Assembly: GCA_050251945.1 (NCBI GenBank)
Contig: JBFWLW010000007.1
Location: forward strand, 1 to 64,000
DNA from: Deferribacterales bacterium
GTDB taxonomy: Bacteria; Chrysiogenota; Deferribacteres; Deferribacterales; Geovibrionaceae
Length of the DNA: 64,000 nt
Direction: 5' to 3'
Below are positions 1-11,061 of the stretch, piece after piece (within the stretch, counting starts at the first letter, position 1; each line of letters opens with the position of its first letter). The notes below the pieces were generated by a model. The model was not told where the DNA came from. It did no database searches and was given only the letters and a program-made list of their open reading frames with translations. Made by a program: the position numbers and the translations under genes.

Positions 1-29
1 TCTTCGGGGGTAAACTCACGTTCGAGCAT
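1..29 (-). CDS. 5' end of a gene running off the window (MLEREFTPE...)
   Basis: ATG at 29 preceded by AAGGAGAGAG RBS; only 9 codons visible. Confidence 0.6.
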
Positions 30-59
30 GAACTCTCTCCTTTAAATTTAGTGTATACG

Positions 60-96
60 AAAAAAAGCCCTTTAGCTATTCGCTAAGGGGCTTTTT
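60..96 (-). terminator. Intrinsic terminator after MCP-hemerythrin
   Basis: AAAAAGCCCCTTAGC-loop-GCTAAAGGGC-TTTTTTT on minus strand. Confidence 0.85.
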
Positions 97-145
97 ATTA
101 GTGTCCTAATTTAAGGATACAGTTCAATGAGCGGGCTTAGTTGTC

Positions 146-1792
146 TTATTCCATACCGTTCTTTTTAAGGAACGGGGCGTATTTTTTGTCTTCCACCATG
201 ATGTGGTTTTTAACCCAGTTTTCAAGGAAAGCGATAATGTTGAACCCGATAACTTCTTTGCCGGAATCAAGTTTTGCCTTGACCTCGCCGACGGTCTTTT
301 TCAGGTTTTCATGTATCTCCCTGTGTTTGGGGAAATCAGGATAGCCGTATTTCTTGAACGCTTCCTCTTCTGTGTTGAAGTGGTAAACGGTGTATGACAC
401 AAGTTCGTTGAGTATCTTGTCGATGGTCGATCTGACTTTGTTATCGCGGATTGCGTCGTAAAGCTGGTTGATGAGTTCGATAAGCTTTTTATGCTGATCG
501 TCGAAAACCTTTATGCCGAGTTCGAGGTCGCGGCTCCAAGGCATATATACGTTCATCTTGTCAGATTTATATTTTTTAACCTTTCCGCCAAGCCCTTCCG
601 CCAGATCCACAAGGTTCTGTCCGGCGCTGAACGATTCTTCAACGGTCACAACTATCTCGGATGTTTCGGAGCTTATCTCGGTTGTGCTTTTCGTAACGTC
701 TGCCAATGCGAACGATTCTTCCTCTTTTGAATGGACAATGCCCTCAATCTGCTGTGCAACGTTCTTGATATTGCTGTCGATGGCGTCTATGGATGAAACT
801 GACACACTTGAAAGTTCGATGCCCTTTTCTACCATATCAACAGAGCTTTGAACTGATTCGGAAACGGTTTTTATCCGCATCTGGAGTTCTTTGATAACAT
901 CCTCTATCTTTTTTGTGGATTCGGATGTTTTGCCCGCAAGCTTACGAACCTCGTCGGCAACAACCGCAAAGCCCTTGCCGTGTTCGCCTGCTCTTGCCGC
1001 CTCTATCGCCGCGTTGAGCGCCAGCATGTTTGTCTGTTCCGCAATATCGTTGATGGAGATAACTATCTGTCCGATCTCCTGCGACTGTTTCTGAAATCCC
1101 GCAACAACGTCGACAATGGAGTTGATGCTTCCCGCGATCTCTTCCATGCTCTGTTTGCTCTGGGAAACTATGTTTTTGCCTTTGAGCACGTCCTCGTTGC
1201 ATTTTCTGATGCTTTCAAAGGATGTGCGGCATTTTTCAAGCACGTTGTAACCGGTTGAGGTGAGCTCTTCCGCGGCGGAACTTACGCTTACCACGTTGTC
1301 GTTCACGATGCTTATCCTGTGCCCGACGCTTGTATATATTTCCATGAGGTTTCTGGAAGCGCTTTTTATGTTGTTTGATGCAAAACCGAAGCTTGCTATC
1401 GTTGTCTCGAAATCTTCAACTGCCGCGTTGATGGATTCCCCCAGTTCAGGCATTGCCTGCACCGCTTTTTCATCAACCCTGATTCTGAGATCTCCGCCCT
1501 TTACACTTTTTAAAACATTTGATATGTTACTCACAACGTTGGAATATGATCCGTGGAAGAACAGCGCCACCACCAATGCTATCAGCAGCCCGAAGACAAG
1601 CAGCCCGATAGAAAATGTGAGAACCGTGCCTGAAGAATCTTCAAGCAGTGCTTTTGCCGTTTCCGGTTCCATTTTCAATGCCTGAGAGATTTTGCTGTAG
1701 TTAAACCAGAAGATAAGAAAAGCTGTGAATCCCTGTAATAAGAGGACAAATATGACCTTTGCCATCAAACGGTTAGATTTTGCATGACTCAT
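146..1792 (-). CDS. Methyl-accepting chemotaxis protein with C-terminal bacteriohemerythrin domain (DcrH-like)
   Basis: Two TM helices, MCP core [37 protein letters not shown], hemerythrin ligands [24 protein letters not shown]; start at ATG 1792 (AGGAG RBS). Confidence 0.92.
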   Translation of the reverse strand: MSHAKSNRLMAKVIFVLLLQGFTAFLIFWFNYSKISQALKMEPETAKALLEDSSGTVLTFSIGLLVFGLLIALVVALFFHGSYSNVVSNISNVLKSVKGGDLRIRVDEKAVQAMPELGESINAAVEDFETTIASFGFASNNIKSASRNLMEIYTSVGHRISIVNDNVVSVSSAAEELTSTGYNVLEKCRTSFESIRKCNEDVLKGKNIVSQSKQSMEEIAGSINSIVDVVAGFQKQSQEIGQIVISINDIAEQTNMLALNAAIEAARAGEHGKGFAVVADEVRKLAGKTSESTKKIEDVIKELQMRIKTVSESVQSSVDMVEKGIELSSVSVSSIDAIDSNIKNVAQQIEGIVHSKEEESFALADVTKSTTEISSETSEIVVTVEESFSAGQNLVDLAEGLGGKVKKYKSDKMNVYMPWSRDLELGIKVFDDQHKKLIELINQLYDAIRDNKVRSTIDKILNELVSYTVYHFNTEEEAFKKYGYPDFPKHREIHENLKKTVGEVKAKLDSGKEVIGFNIIAFLENWVKNHIMVEDKKYAPFLKKNGME

Positions 1793-1962
1793 TGTGACTC
1801 CTGAAAAAGAATAAAATGACAAAAAATATTAACCTATATAATCTATAATGTAAATAAATCTGTTAGTTTATTTTCAAAATAGTGTAGAATATATTAAAAA
1901 TGGTAGTTTTTGCATAGTTTCCGAACGTGTATTTTTGGTAAAACTGCAAATTAGGAGGCAAA

Positions 1963-2280
1963 ATGTCTTTTATAGATACTGAAAAACTTGAAAAAGAGAT
2001 GTTTAATGGAGCGAAAGCTCGCTTCGTACACTCTGATAATATGACAATGTCGCTGTGGCGTTTTGAACCGGGGTCGGAACTTCCTGAGCATTCTCATCCC
2101 CACGAGCAAATGACAAAACTGATAAACGGCGTGTTTGAGCTTACTGTCGGCGACGAGGTCAAGGTGCTTACGCACAGTGATGTGGCGATGATTCCGTCGG
2201 GTGTTTCTCATAAGGGAAGGGCTATAACCCAGTGCGAGCTTCTTGACGTGTTTTATCCCGTACGCGAAGATTACAGATAG
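1963..2280 (+). CDS. Cupin domain protein
   Basis: PEHSHPHEQ and IPSGVSH cupin motifs; AGGAGG RBS. Confidence 0.88.
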   Translation: MSFIDTEKLEKEMFNGAKARFVHSDNMTMSLWRFEPGSELPEHSHPHEQMTKLINGVFELTVGDEVKVLTHSDVAMIPSGVSHKGRAITQCELLDVFYPVREDYR

Positions 2281-4256
2281 GCAGCGTCCTTGTCGGCTTC
2301 CGGCAGGGAGATATGAAAGATGACCCCTTGTTTGATGTTTTCAAAAGTTATCTTTCCGCCCATGTTCTTTTCGATTATTATTTTTGAAAAATAGAGACCG
2401 ATGCCGGTGCCCCTGCCTTCGTCTTTTGTTGTAAAGTACGGTTCAAATATCTTTTCGGCAACGCTGTCTGAGATACCTGAGCCGTTGTTTTCAATGGAAA
2501 CGACGGCTATCTGATTTTCGGAATGGCTTCGTATTGTGATACATGGATTTCTGACTTTATTTTCTATAAGGGCGTCCTTGGCGTTGGTGATGATATTCAC
2601 AAGCACCTGAGAATATTCTCCCGGAACCCCTTTTGTTTTTCCGCAAGGTTCAAGGTCTGTCCGTATTTCTATGTGGCTGTTCTCGATTCCTGCCCGCAGA
2701 AGGGTGAGGCTTTGTTTTATACAGTCGTTGATGTCAAACAGCACCTTATCTTTGTCCGGTTTGAAGAAGTCGCGGAAATTGTCAATGGTGGCGGACATAT
2801 GCTGTATTATGTCCAGACAGGTGTGTACTGATTTATCCAGATATTCATCCGTAAGCTCCCCTGCGTCCTGAGCATCCTGAATATCCTGAATATAAAGTCC
2901 TATGTTGTTCAGAGGCTGCCGCCACTGGTGTGCTATATTCGAGAGCATTTCGCCCATTGCGGCGAGTCTGCCCTGCTGGAACATGATGTGTTCCTGTTCG
3001 CGGTTCTTTTCTATCTCGTTTTTTACGCGTTTTTCCAGAGATGCGTTCAGAAGGGTCAGCTCAACGGTCTTTTCCGCAACTTTTGATTCCAGCGTTATAT
3101 TAAGCGATCTGAGTTCCTCATTTTTGCGTTTTATCTCCAGATTGTGTCTGTCGATCAGCTTCTGCATGCGGTTTGACATTACGAATGTTATAACACCGGC
3201 AAGAGCGAGGACAGCGGTGAGAAGCAGAAGTACAACAGTCAGTTCTTTTATGGAATCCCGTTTTTCGTTCTCCATTCTCAGGTTATAGTCATTCTCGAAA
3301 TCCGTAAGATAAATTCCGGTTCCGATGTACCAGTCCCAGCCTTTTATGCCGGTGACGTAACTGAGTTTTTTCTCAGGTTTCATTCCGGGGAAAGGGGGCA
3401 TAACGTATTCGTAGAACCCTCCTCCTTTTTTTGCCAGTTTTATCATATCCTGAACGATGTATTTATCGTTGGAATCCTGAACGTTCAGCATGAATTTGTT
3501 TCTTGCGGGTTGGGTCAGGGACATGCCGGAGTAGTCACTCATAAAGATGTATCCATCTTCCGGCAGATGAATGGATTCCAGTTGGGTTATCAGTTTGTTC
3601 TGGACTTCGCCGATGAATTCGTCGAAATATTCACCGTAGCCTATAACCCAGTTCAGCGGTCTGAAAACGCGAAGTTTTATATGTTTCGGCTGAGAGTGTG
3701 TTCCATCAGGTTTTGTCCATTCAACGTCAAATTGGGCGGTATCGGTATTTTTCAGACTTTTCAGAGCATCTATCATAGCCTGTCTGGGTCCGGCGTTGGG
3801 GCTTTCCAGAATATTTTTACCTTCCAGATGCTTTTGGTGGGGCATACTTATTACGTTGCCCTGCATATCAAATATGTATATGTGGTTCTGACTCCATGTC
3901 ATTCCCGAAAGAGCTGCCTTGATGTCCTTTTCAGCCTCCTGTTTGTTTTGTGCGGCTTTATAGGTTGCAGATGCCGCGGAGTATGCAAGGTTCAGTCTTT
4001 CGTCTATGCGGGCTTCAAGGTTGTTCTCTGATTCTTTAATAACAAGCTGAACCTGCTGAGCAACGCTGTCTACGATGCCTTTAAGTGTCTGCTTCTTACT
4101 GTCCATAAGGTTTTGCTTGTTTGTGCGGATGGTTTTTTCAAAGTTGCTGTGTTCTTCGATGACAAAGCCAACCGCGATTGACATGATTATCACTGCTATA
4201 ACGGTAAAGGTTGTCAGAAAATAATATCGTCTGAGTTTTTCCTTGTTTTGTGTCAT
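2271..4256 (-). CDS. Membrane sensor histidine kinase with Cache domains
   Basis: TM-Cache-TM, H-box IAHQWRQPL, N-box NIITNAKDA, FEPYFTTK, GTGIGL. Confidence 0.92.
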   Translation of the reverse strand: MTQNKEKLRRYYFLTTFTVIAVIIMSIAVGFVIEEHSNFEKTIRTNKQNLMDSKKQTLKGIVDSVAQQVQLVIKESENNLEARIDERLNLAYSAASATYKAAQNKQEAEKDIKAALSGMTWSQNHIYIFDMQGNVISMPHQKHLEGKNILESPNAGPRQAMIDALKSLKNTDTAQFDVEWTKPDGTHSQPKHIKLRVFRPLNWVIGYGEYFDEFIGEVQNKLITQLESIHLPEDGYIFMSDYSGMSLTQPARNKFMLNVQDSNDKYIVQDMIKLAKKGGGFYEYVMPPFPGMKPEKKLSYVTGIKGWDWYIGTGIYLTDFENDYNLRMENEKRDSIKELTVVLLLLTAVLALAGVITFVMSNRMQKLIDRHNLEIKRKNEELRSLNITLESKVAEKTVELTLLNASLEKRVKNEIEKNREQEHIMFQQGRLAAMGEMLSNIAHQWRQPLNNIGLYIQDIQDAQDAGELTDEYLDKSVHTCLDIIQHMSATIDNFRDFFKPDKDKVLFDINDCIKQSLTLLRAGIENSHIEIRTDLEPCGKTKGVPGEYSQVLVNIITNAKDALIENKVRNPCITIRSHSENQIAVVSIENNGSGISDSVAEKIFEPYFTTKDEGRGTGIGLYFSKIIIEKNMGGKITFENIKQGVIFHISLPEADKDAAYL

Positions 4257-4363
4257 TTTTTCACCGGTGTTTAATTTTACAGCCCTTTACTATCAGACGC
4301 AACCCGGATGTTTATATTGATTCCATATAAAATAAAGTATACATATTAAGCATAGGAGGAGTT

Positions 4364-4840
4364 ATGAAAAGAGCAATTGTAATTGTTGTTTGTGCGGTTC
4401 TTGCGCTTTGTGTTGCCGGCGGCGGAGCTTATCTTTACATATCGAACAGCCCCAGAAAAGTGGCGGAACCTCTGCCTATGCCGGAAAGCGGCAAGGTGAC
4501 TGTTGAGAACGTTGCTCCTCTGTTTTATGAAGGTATCCCTGCCGATTATTTCGTTGTTGATGTCAGAACTCCTCAGGAATATGAGAAAAAACACACAGAG
4601 GGGATGATTAACATTCCTGTGGCACTGTTTGAAGAGGACGGAGCCTGCGAAAAAATACTGCCTCAGCTTCCGGAAAATGAAAAGATAATCTTCATCTGTC
4701 CGTTCGGTCCCCGTGCGGAGGAAATGTTCTATGATCTCACCGACCCCAAAAAGGACGGCGGATGCGGCATAAGCCCCGACGGGATGTATTATCTCATTGC
4801 AAAAGTAAAATACGGTAAAGACGGACTTATTGTCAGATAA
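4364..4840 (+). CDS. Membrane-anchored rhodanese-like domain protein
   Basis: N-terminal hydrophobic helix; VDVRTPQEY..H..GMINIP; active-site loop FICPFGPRA. Confidence 0.82.
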   Translation: MKRAIVIVVCAVLALCVAGGGAYLYISNSPRKVAEPLPMPESGKVTVENVAPLFYEGIPADYFVVDVRTPQEYEKKHTEGMINIPVALFEEDGACEKILPQLPENEKIIFICPFGPRAEEMFYDLTDPKKDGGCGISPDGMYYLIAKVKYGKDGLIVR

Positions 4841-4912
4841 TAAGGATTTCTGGTTGCTATCTTCCCGTTTGGCATATATTAATGGTGTAAAATGCTTTAA
4901 CAGGGTTAATAT

Positions 4913-5491
4913 ATGGATAAATTCATTGAGTCTATATTTGAAGAGATGAAAGAGGTGCAGACAAGATTTATCACGGAAAGCACCCCTGTTCTTATAGCCA
5001 TAGCAACCGAGATCACCCGTTGTTTCGAGAACGGCGGGAAACTGCTTATCTGCGGAAACGGCGGGTCAGCTGCGGATGCACAGCATATTGCGGCCGAATT
5101 TGTGAACAGGTTCAAAATGGAGCGTCCGCCCCTTCCTGCGATAGCGCTTACAACCGACACATCTATAATCACATCCATCGGTAACGATTACGAATTCAAC
5201 GATATATTCCTTAAACAGGTGAGCGCACTGGGCAACGAAAAGGATATCATCTGGGGAATTTCAACCAGCGGAAATTCCGAAAACGTTGTCAGAGCACTGC
5301 GCGAGGCGGACAGGATGAACGTCCGCATCATCGGTTTCACAGGACGCGACGGCGGAAAGATGAAAGGGCTTTGCGACATCCTGTTCCAGTCGCCAACGGA
5401 CAATACGCCGAGAATACAGGAAATCCACATAGCGGCGGCTCATATAATCTGTCAGCTTGTGGATGAGATGATGTTCGGCAAATTTTCCTGA
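4913..5491 (+). CDS. gmhA: D-sedoheptulose 7-phosphate isomerase
   Basis: CGNGGSAADAQH, GISTSGNS, RIQEIH motifs. Confidence 0.95.
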   Translation: MDKFIESIFEEMKEVQTRFITESTPVLIAIATEITRCFENGGKLLICGNGGSAADAQHIAAEFVNRFKMERPPLPAIALTTDTSIITSIGNDYEFNDIFLKQVSALGNEKDIIWGISTSGNSENVVRALREADRMNVRIIGFTGRDGGKMKGLCDILFQSPTDNTPRIQEIHIAAAHIICQLVDEMMFGKFS

Positions 5492-8400
5492 TGCAGAAGT
5501 TTTGCGGTCTGTGGGGGTGTTCCTCCGTCTGGTATTTTTATAACAAAAGACCGGAGGGGCGCGTAACTTTCTTTGTTGCTTCAAACAGGAGGGAATACGA
5601 GCTTATCCTTCAGGAGACACGCTATTTCTTTTCACGTTCCGCGGTTCTGGGCTTTCCGGAGTACACTCAGGAACCTTTTGAAGAGGCGCGCGTTCTGCCG
5701 GAGGTTATCTCCGCCCGTGCCGCCGCGCTTAACACGCTTATCAACTCCGACGCTCCCTGTATAGTGGTCACAACACCCTATGCACTTCTGAAAAGCCTGC
5801 CGCCTGTTGACGTGTTTAAAAGCTCCGTTATAAACATAACAGTCGGTGAGGACTACGACAGGCAGGAACTCGAATATCTGCTTAACTACGCCGGATACGT
5901 TCATGTTGAACTTGTGGACGGTCAGGGCGAATACGCTTTCCGCGGTGACATACTTGAAGTGTTTCCTGCGGATTTTGACAATCCCTGTCTGATAGAATTT
6001 TTCGGCGATGAAGCGGAGCGGATTTCCCTTGTGGACAGAAGCACCCGCAAACCTTTGAAGACCATGAAACATGCCGTTCTGCTCCCTGCATCCGAAGCGC
6101 TGTTCGATTCGGAAGATATCAAAAAACGTATAACTGACAAAGACATATTGGATAAAGCCGAGCTTTACGGGAAGTACGCCGGATGCCACTGGCTTGCGCC
6201 TGCCATATACGGACGGATGTCGAATATACTCGAATACGCCGGAAACAGTTACAATTTTGTCTTTTTTACAGAGGATTATAAAACTCATTTCACAGACCTT
6301 CTTGCGCTGGCGGACAGACGCAAACCGGAAGGTGAATTCTTCATACATAATTTCATAAACCCGTCGGTCATCTATCCCGAGTATGACGAACACGAGCGGA
6401 TGGTTCTGGCGGACATCGTGACAGAGAGCGCCATAACCGTGCCTTATAAAAGCAGTGCGATGCTTCTTGGCGGAAAGAAAGGGAACGTCTATCAGTCAAT
6501 GTCGTCGGCGATGGATATCATAAAGAGTCACACGGAGAACGGGTACCGCGTAATCTGCGCCATTGAGAGCGGAAAGCTCATGGAACTGTTTACAAACTTC
6601 TCCGTGGATTACGGTTACAGCGCACAGAGGATATCAGTTCACGCGGAAGTGACCCATGCGGGGCTTTACGTCCTGAACGAGAAGCTGCGCGGCGGGTTCA
6701 TAGACGAAAAACGTCTGCTGGCTGTGTTCAGCGATGAGGATATTTTCGGGGTTGCCCGCAAAAAACCGAAAAGGGGTAAAAAAGAGGTCTATTCCACCTC
6801 CATTTCCGATCTTGAAAGCGGTGATTACGTTGTCCATGTGGATTACGGTATCGGTATCTATAAAGGGCTGGTGCATCAGAGCATCGGCGGTGTCGAGGGC
6901 GATTTTTTGCAGCTTGAGTATGACAACGGTGAATTTCTGTATGTGCCTTTGTCCTCCATAGGGCAGTTACAGAAATATATCGGTTCCGAAGGTTCCAGAC
7001 CGCGCATAAGTTCTCTGCAAACCCAGACATGGAAAAAACTGAAAGCTCAGGCACGCACCAGAGCCAAAAAGATAGCGTTCGACCTTTTACAGCTTTACGC
7101 CAAGCGGAAGCTTGAAAAGGGATTTGCTTTTCACGACGACGGGAAGATGACGGAGGATTTCGAGCAGCAGTTCGAGTTTGACGAGACCGACGACCAGCTC
7201 ACAGCGATACATGATGTTTACAACGACATGGAGAATCAGCTGCCCATGGAAAGACTGGTCTGCGGCGACGTGGGTTTCGGAAAGACCGAGGTTGCAATGC
7301 GTGCCGCATGCAAGGCTGCCGCGGGAGGCAAACAGGTTGCCGTTCTGGTTCCGACGACGGTTCTCGCGCGTCAGCATTATCTTACATTTAAAAAACGTTT
7401 CGGCGAACTGCCTGTAAACGTTGATTATATAAGCCGTTTCCGCACCCAGAAAGAAGTTCGTGACATTCTGGACAGGTTGTCCAGAGGGCAGATTGATATT
7501 CTTGTGGGAACACACAAGATGCTCGGAAAAGATGTGGAATTCTCCGACCTCGGTCTGCTTATAATCGACGAGGAACAGCGGTTCGGCGTTTCCCACAAAG
7601 AGAAGATAAAAGCCATGAAGACCAACGTTGACGTGCTGTATCTCTCCGCAACACCCATTCCCAGAACGCTGCAGTTGTCCCTTTCCGGTATCCGCGACAT
7701 ATCCGTAATAGATACGCCGCCTGTGGACAGACTGCCTGTCATAACAAAGGTTGTGAAGAAGGACGAAGAGATAAAGATAGCCATTCAGCGTGAGCTTGAA
7801 CGGGGCGGACAGGTGTTTTACCTGCACAACAGAGTAGAGGACATCGAACAGGTGACTGCAGGTGTGCGAAGCATGCTGCCGGGAGCGCGCGTAGGCTTTG
7901 CTCACGGACAGATGGACGCGCAGACGCTTGAAAAGATACTGATGGAGTTCTACGCAGGGGAAACCGACGTTCTTGTCTGCACGGCGATCATTGAGAACGG
8001 AATAGATATCCCCAATGTAAATACGATTGTTATAAACGACGCGGCTCATCTCGGGCTGGCGCAGATATATCAGCTCAAGGGCAGGGTGGGGCGCTCCGTA
8101 CGCCGCGGTTACTGCTTCCTTGTAGTTCCGAATTTCTCCGGTCTTTCTCTGGTTGCGCAGAAACGGCTTAAGATAATTCAGCAGCTTTCAGACCTCGGCA
8201 GCGGTGTTAAGATAGCCTTTTACGATCTCCAGCTCCGCGGTGCGGGGGATCTTCTCGGCGCCGACCAGTCGGGCTTTGTGGTAAAAGTCGGATATGAACT
8301 GTTTATCGCCATGATAGACGAGGCTGTAAAAGAGCTGAAAGGTATCACCGATATTTTCACAGATACCGAGATAATCACCGCCGTTCCGCACTATATTCCT

Positions 8401-8799
8401 GCGGATTATATTGAGGATACGCGGCTCAGGCTGGACTATTACCGCAAGTTTTCCTATGTTGCCACAGAAGATGAGGCAGCCGGACTGCTTGAAGAGATGG
8501 AGGGGATGTTCGGCGAAACAGGCGAACAGACCAGAAATTTTGCCCGCATAATGCTGCTTAAAAACCTTGCAGGCAGAGCGAACGTCGAAAAAATATATAT
8601 TTACACAAACCGCATTAAGATGAAATTTACGAAGAACAGCACGGTTCAGCCGTCCGTTCTGATGGACAGTGCGTCAAAATGCGGCGGTATGCTTAAATTC
8701 GACGACGAATTCACCCTTTCGCTTCTTTTTGAAAAGGCAGAGAAGACACTGTTTTCCGGTGCGGTCTTCCTTTCACTTATAGCCCCCGCAAAGGAATAA
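5491..8799 (+). CDS. mfd: Transcription-repair coupling factor
   Basis: UvrB-like N-terminus, CarD/RID domain (DYVVHVDYGIG), GDVGFGKT, IIDEEQRFG, QLKGRVGRS, TRCF tail. Confidence 0.97.
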   Translation: MQKFCGLWGCSSVWYFYNKRPEGRVTFFVASNRREYELILQETRYFFSRSAVLGFPEYTQEPFEEARVLPEVISARAAALNTLINSDAPCIVVTTPYALLKSLPPVDVFKSSVINITVGEDYDRQELEYLLNYAGYVHVELVDGQGEYAFRGDILEVFPADFDNPCLIEFFGDEAERISLVDRSTRKPLKTMKHAVLLPASEALFDSEDIKKRITDKDILDKAELYGKYAGCHWLAPAIYGRMSNILEYAGNSYNFVFFTEDYKTHFTDLLALADRRKPEGEFFIHNFINPSVIYPEYDEHERMVLADIVTESAITVPYKSSAMLLGGKKGNVYQSMSSAMDIIKSHTENGYRVICAIESGKLMELFTNFSVDYGYSAQRISVHAEVTHAGLYVLNEKLRGGFIDEKRLLAVFSDEDIFGVARKKPKRGKKEVYSTSISDLESGDYVVHVDYGIGIYKGLVHQSIGGVEGDFLQLEYDNGEFLYVPLSSIGQLQKYIGSEGSRPRISSLQTQTWKKLKAQARTRAKKIAFDLLQLYAKRKLEKGFAFHDDGKMTEDFEQQFEFDETDDQLTAIHDVYNDMENQLPMERLVCGDVGFGKTEVAMRAACKAAAGGKQVAVLVPTTVLARQHYLTFKKRFGELPVNVDYISRFRTQKEVRDILDRLSRGQIDILVGTHKMLGKDVEFSDLGLLIIDEEQRFGVSHKEKIKAMKTNVDVLYLSATPIPRTLQLSLSGIRDISVIDTPPVDRLPVITKVVKKDEEIKIAIQRELERGGQVFYLHNRVEDIEQVTAGVRSMLPGARVGFAHGQMDAQTLEKILMEFYAGETDVLVCTAIIENGIDIPNVNTIVINDAAHLGLAQIYQLKGRVGRSVRRGYCFLVVPNFSGLSLVAQKRLKIIQQLSDLGSGVKIAFYDLQLRGAGDLLGADQSGFVVKVGYELFIAMIDEAVKELKGITDIFTDTEIITAVPHYIPADYIEDTRLRLDYYRKFSYVATEDEAAGLLEEMEGMFGETGEQTRNFARIMLLKNLAGRANVEKIYIYTNRIKMKFTKNSTVQPSVLMDSASKCGGMLKFDDEFTLSLLFEKAEKTLFSGAVFLSLIAPAKE

Positions 8800-8840
8800 A
8801 GACTCTTGCAAATTGGTTTGCTATTAAGTAATCTGTCACT

Positions 8841-9812
8841 ATGAAGAGAACACCTTTCATCATCCTTATCATCGCCTCACTTTTCCTTTTCGCAGGATGC
8901 GGAAAGAAAGAGAAAGAGAGCGCCCATGAACCGGAAACGCGAACCGAAGACTCTGAAGACCTTACACAACCCTTTGTAACCATTAATGATGAAGTGCTTA
9001 CCAAAGGCGATTTCAAGGATTTCATCTCCTATACGAACGCTATGATGGATCCCGAAAACAGGGATAATAAGGCTGTTCTGGAATCTCTGAAAGAGGATTT
9101 CGTGCGCCACAGACTGCTTTTGCATCAGGCGAAGAAACAGGGAATAAAAATAGACGAGAAAAAATTCAGTGAACTGCTTGATACTTTCAAAAAAGAGCAG
9201 GGAGAACAGACTTTAACTGAGATGCAGAGACAGTATGATCTGGACTTTGATAAAATTGAAGACCTGCTGCGACAGCGTGTTATCGTCACCGAGCTTTTAA
9301 GCGAGGAGACAGGGAACATTACAGTTTCCGGCAAAGAACTCAAAGCGTATTATGAAAAACGCAAAAGTGAACTTTCGGACGTTGCGCTTGCTCATATACT
9401 CCATATAGTTACCGCCGACGAAAAGAAAGCGCGGGAAGCGCTGACCATGATGAACAAGGGCATAAGCTTTGCCGAGGTTGCACAGAAATATTCCATTGCT
9501 CCGGAAGCGGAACAGGGCGGCGATCTGGGATATATCGACGTTTCGTCTTATCCTGATGTCTTTTCGGAGGCGCTGAAACTGAAACCGGGTGAAACCAGCG
9601 GTGTTCTGAAATCCGAGTTCGGTTACCACATCTTCCATTTGGTGGATGTGAAAGAGAAAGTTAATTCATTCGATTATTATAAGGCTCAGCTTAAAGACGA
9701 GCTTTACGGAATAAAACAGGAAAAAAAGTTAAAGGATTATATCAATGGCTTGTATGAAAAATCTAAGATTGTTTTCGCTGACGGTTCTTCTCTCGGTTCT
9801 GACCCTCAATAA
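8841..9812 (+). CDS. PpiC-type peptidyl-prolyl isomerase lipoprotein (PrsA/SurA-like)
   Basis: Lipobox FAGC; SFAEVAQKYS..GGDLG..SEFGYHI parvulin motifs. Confidence 0.88.
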   Translation: MKRTPFIILIIASLFLFAGCGKKEKESAHEPETRTEDSEDLTQPFVTINDEVLTKGDFKDFISYTNAMMDPENRDNKAVLESLKEDFVRHRLLLHQAKKQGIKIDEKKFSELLDTFKKEQGEQTLTEMQRQYDLDFDKIEDLLRQRVIVTELLSEETGNITVSGKELKAYYEKRKSELSDVALAHILHIVTADEKKAREALTMMNKGISFAEVAQKYSIAPEAEQGGDLGYIDVSSYPDVFSEALKLKPGETSGVLKSEFGYHIFHLVDVKEKVNSFDYYKAQLKDELYGIKQEKKLKDYINGLYEKSKIVFADGSSLGSDPQ

Positions 9813-10686
9813 CGCGGGTGCGGAGGTCATTAACCGTGTTTTCGCAGTTGTCGGGGATAAGGTCATAACACAGTATGACGTCGAATCCATGAACCCCCAA
9901 AGACTTAAGCTTATCTATACCAAATTCAAAGGCGAAGAGAGAAAACAGCAGCTTAACGATTTTTATCGTGAGAATATGGAAAACCTCATAGACAACTATG
10001 TCATTGAGATAGCAGCAGCAGAAGAGGGCGTCCGTGTTTCCGATGCAGAAGTGGAGGGCGCGCTTCAGGATATCATGCAGAGAAACAACGTGAACAAAGA
10101 ACAGCTCGAAGAGCTCCTTGCCGCACAGCACCAGACGTACGAACAGTATAAATGGAAGATCAAGGTTGATATCATTACCACAAGACTGATGTCGTCAGTT
10201 TTTCGTACAAAAGTTGTTGTTACTGACGAAGATTTTAAAAACTATGTTGCCGAACACGAAAAGACTCTCGACCTTTCGGATATGTACGAACTTCGCATGA
10301 TGAAACTAAGCACGAAAGAGAAGCTGGACGAAGCTATGAAGGACTTTGAAGAGCATAAAAACTTTCGTGACACAGCTATGAAATATTCCGAGGACAAACT
10401 GGCGGAGAACGGCGGTTACCTCGGATGGGTTGAGCTTGGTTTCCTTGATCCGAAAATCAGGGAACTCATAGGCGATATGAAGCAGGGCATAACAAAACCC
10501 CTTGAGGATGTGGACGGCTACAGAGTGTTCTACGTCGAAGGGTACAGAGACAAGTCCGATGTTGAGAGCGATAAAAAAGACAATATCATCAGAGCTATGA
10601 AAGATAAAAAAGCCAAAGAGGCTTTTGAGCAGTGGCTGCAGGATAAAAAGGACGAAATATTCATACAGAGAAAATATGCGTCTTGA
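9754..10686 (+). CDS. SurA-like periplasmic chaperone/PPIase
   Basis: Signal peptide, EVINRVFAVVGDKVIT SurA N-domain, KYSED..NGGYLGW. Confidence 0.85.
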   Translation: MKNLRLFSLTVLLSVLTLNNAGAEVINRVFAVVGDKVITQYDVESMNPQRLKLIYTKFKGEERKQQLNDFYRENMENLIDNYVIEIAAAEEGVRVSDAEVEGALQDIMQRNNVNKEQLEELLAAQHQTYEQYKWKIKVDIITTRLMSSVFRTKVVVTDEDFKNYVAEHEKTLDLSDMYELRMMKLSTKEKLDEAMKDFEEHKNFRDTAMKYSEDKLAENGGYLGWVELGFLDPKIRELIGDMKQGITKPLEDVDGYRVFYVEGYRDKSDVESDKKDNIIRAMKDKKAKEAFEQWLQDKKDEIFIQRKYAS

Positions 10687-10945
10687 TAAGTTTTTGAAAG
10701 TGCTTATGTTAATAAAGAGACGCACCGTTGCAAACGAGATGGCGGACGAGGGTTTTGTTAAACTGAACGGAAGAATTGCAAAACCCTCGGCGAAGCTTAA
10801 AGTAGGCGACGTCTTAGAACTTGATACATGGAACATGTATAAAAAATTGCAAATCTTGTCACTGCCTGAGAGGGGCAGCGTGTCTAAACAGGAGGTTGAT
10901 AAGTTTATTATAACCTTAGAATACAGAGCTAAAGAACCGGAATAA
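10676..10945 (+). CDS. S4-domain RNA-binding protein (HslR/RqcP-like)
   Basis: MRLDKFLKVLMLIKRRTVANE..KPSAKLKVGD; start at ATG 10676. Confidence 0.88.
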   Translation: MRLDKFLKVLMLIKRRTVANEMADEGFVKLNGRIAKPSAKLKVGDVLELDTWNMYKKLQILSLPERGSVSKQEVDKFIITLEYRAKEPE

Positions 10946-11061
10946 TCATATCAATATCTCCTTCCTATCATTTCAACTTTAATGTGCAGAGCACATTTCT
11001 CATTCTAATTGTGATCTAATTGATTTATGTCATTAATCTTTGTCGGGAGGAAGGGAATTGT

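Noticed and set aside
30..145. Possible leader-peptide attenuator before the gene starting at 29
   Set aside because: No convincing RBS-led, amino-acid-enriched leader; the hairpin is explained as the MCP terminator
5632..8049. Long antisense ORFs (253 aa, 320 aa) and similar shadow ORFs across the window
   Set aside because: They lie opposite well-supported genes and show no recognisable motifs
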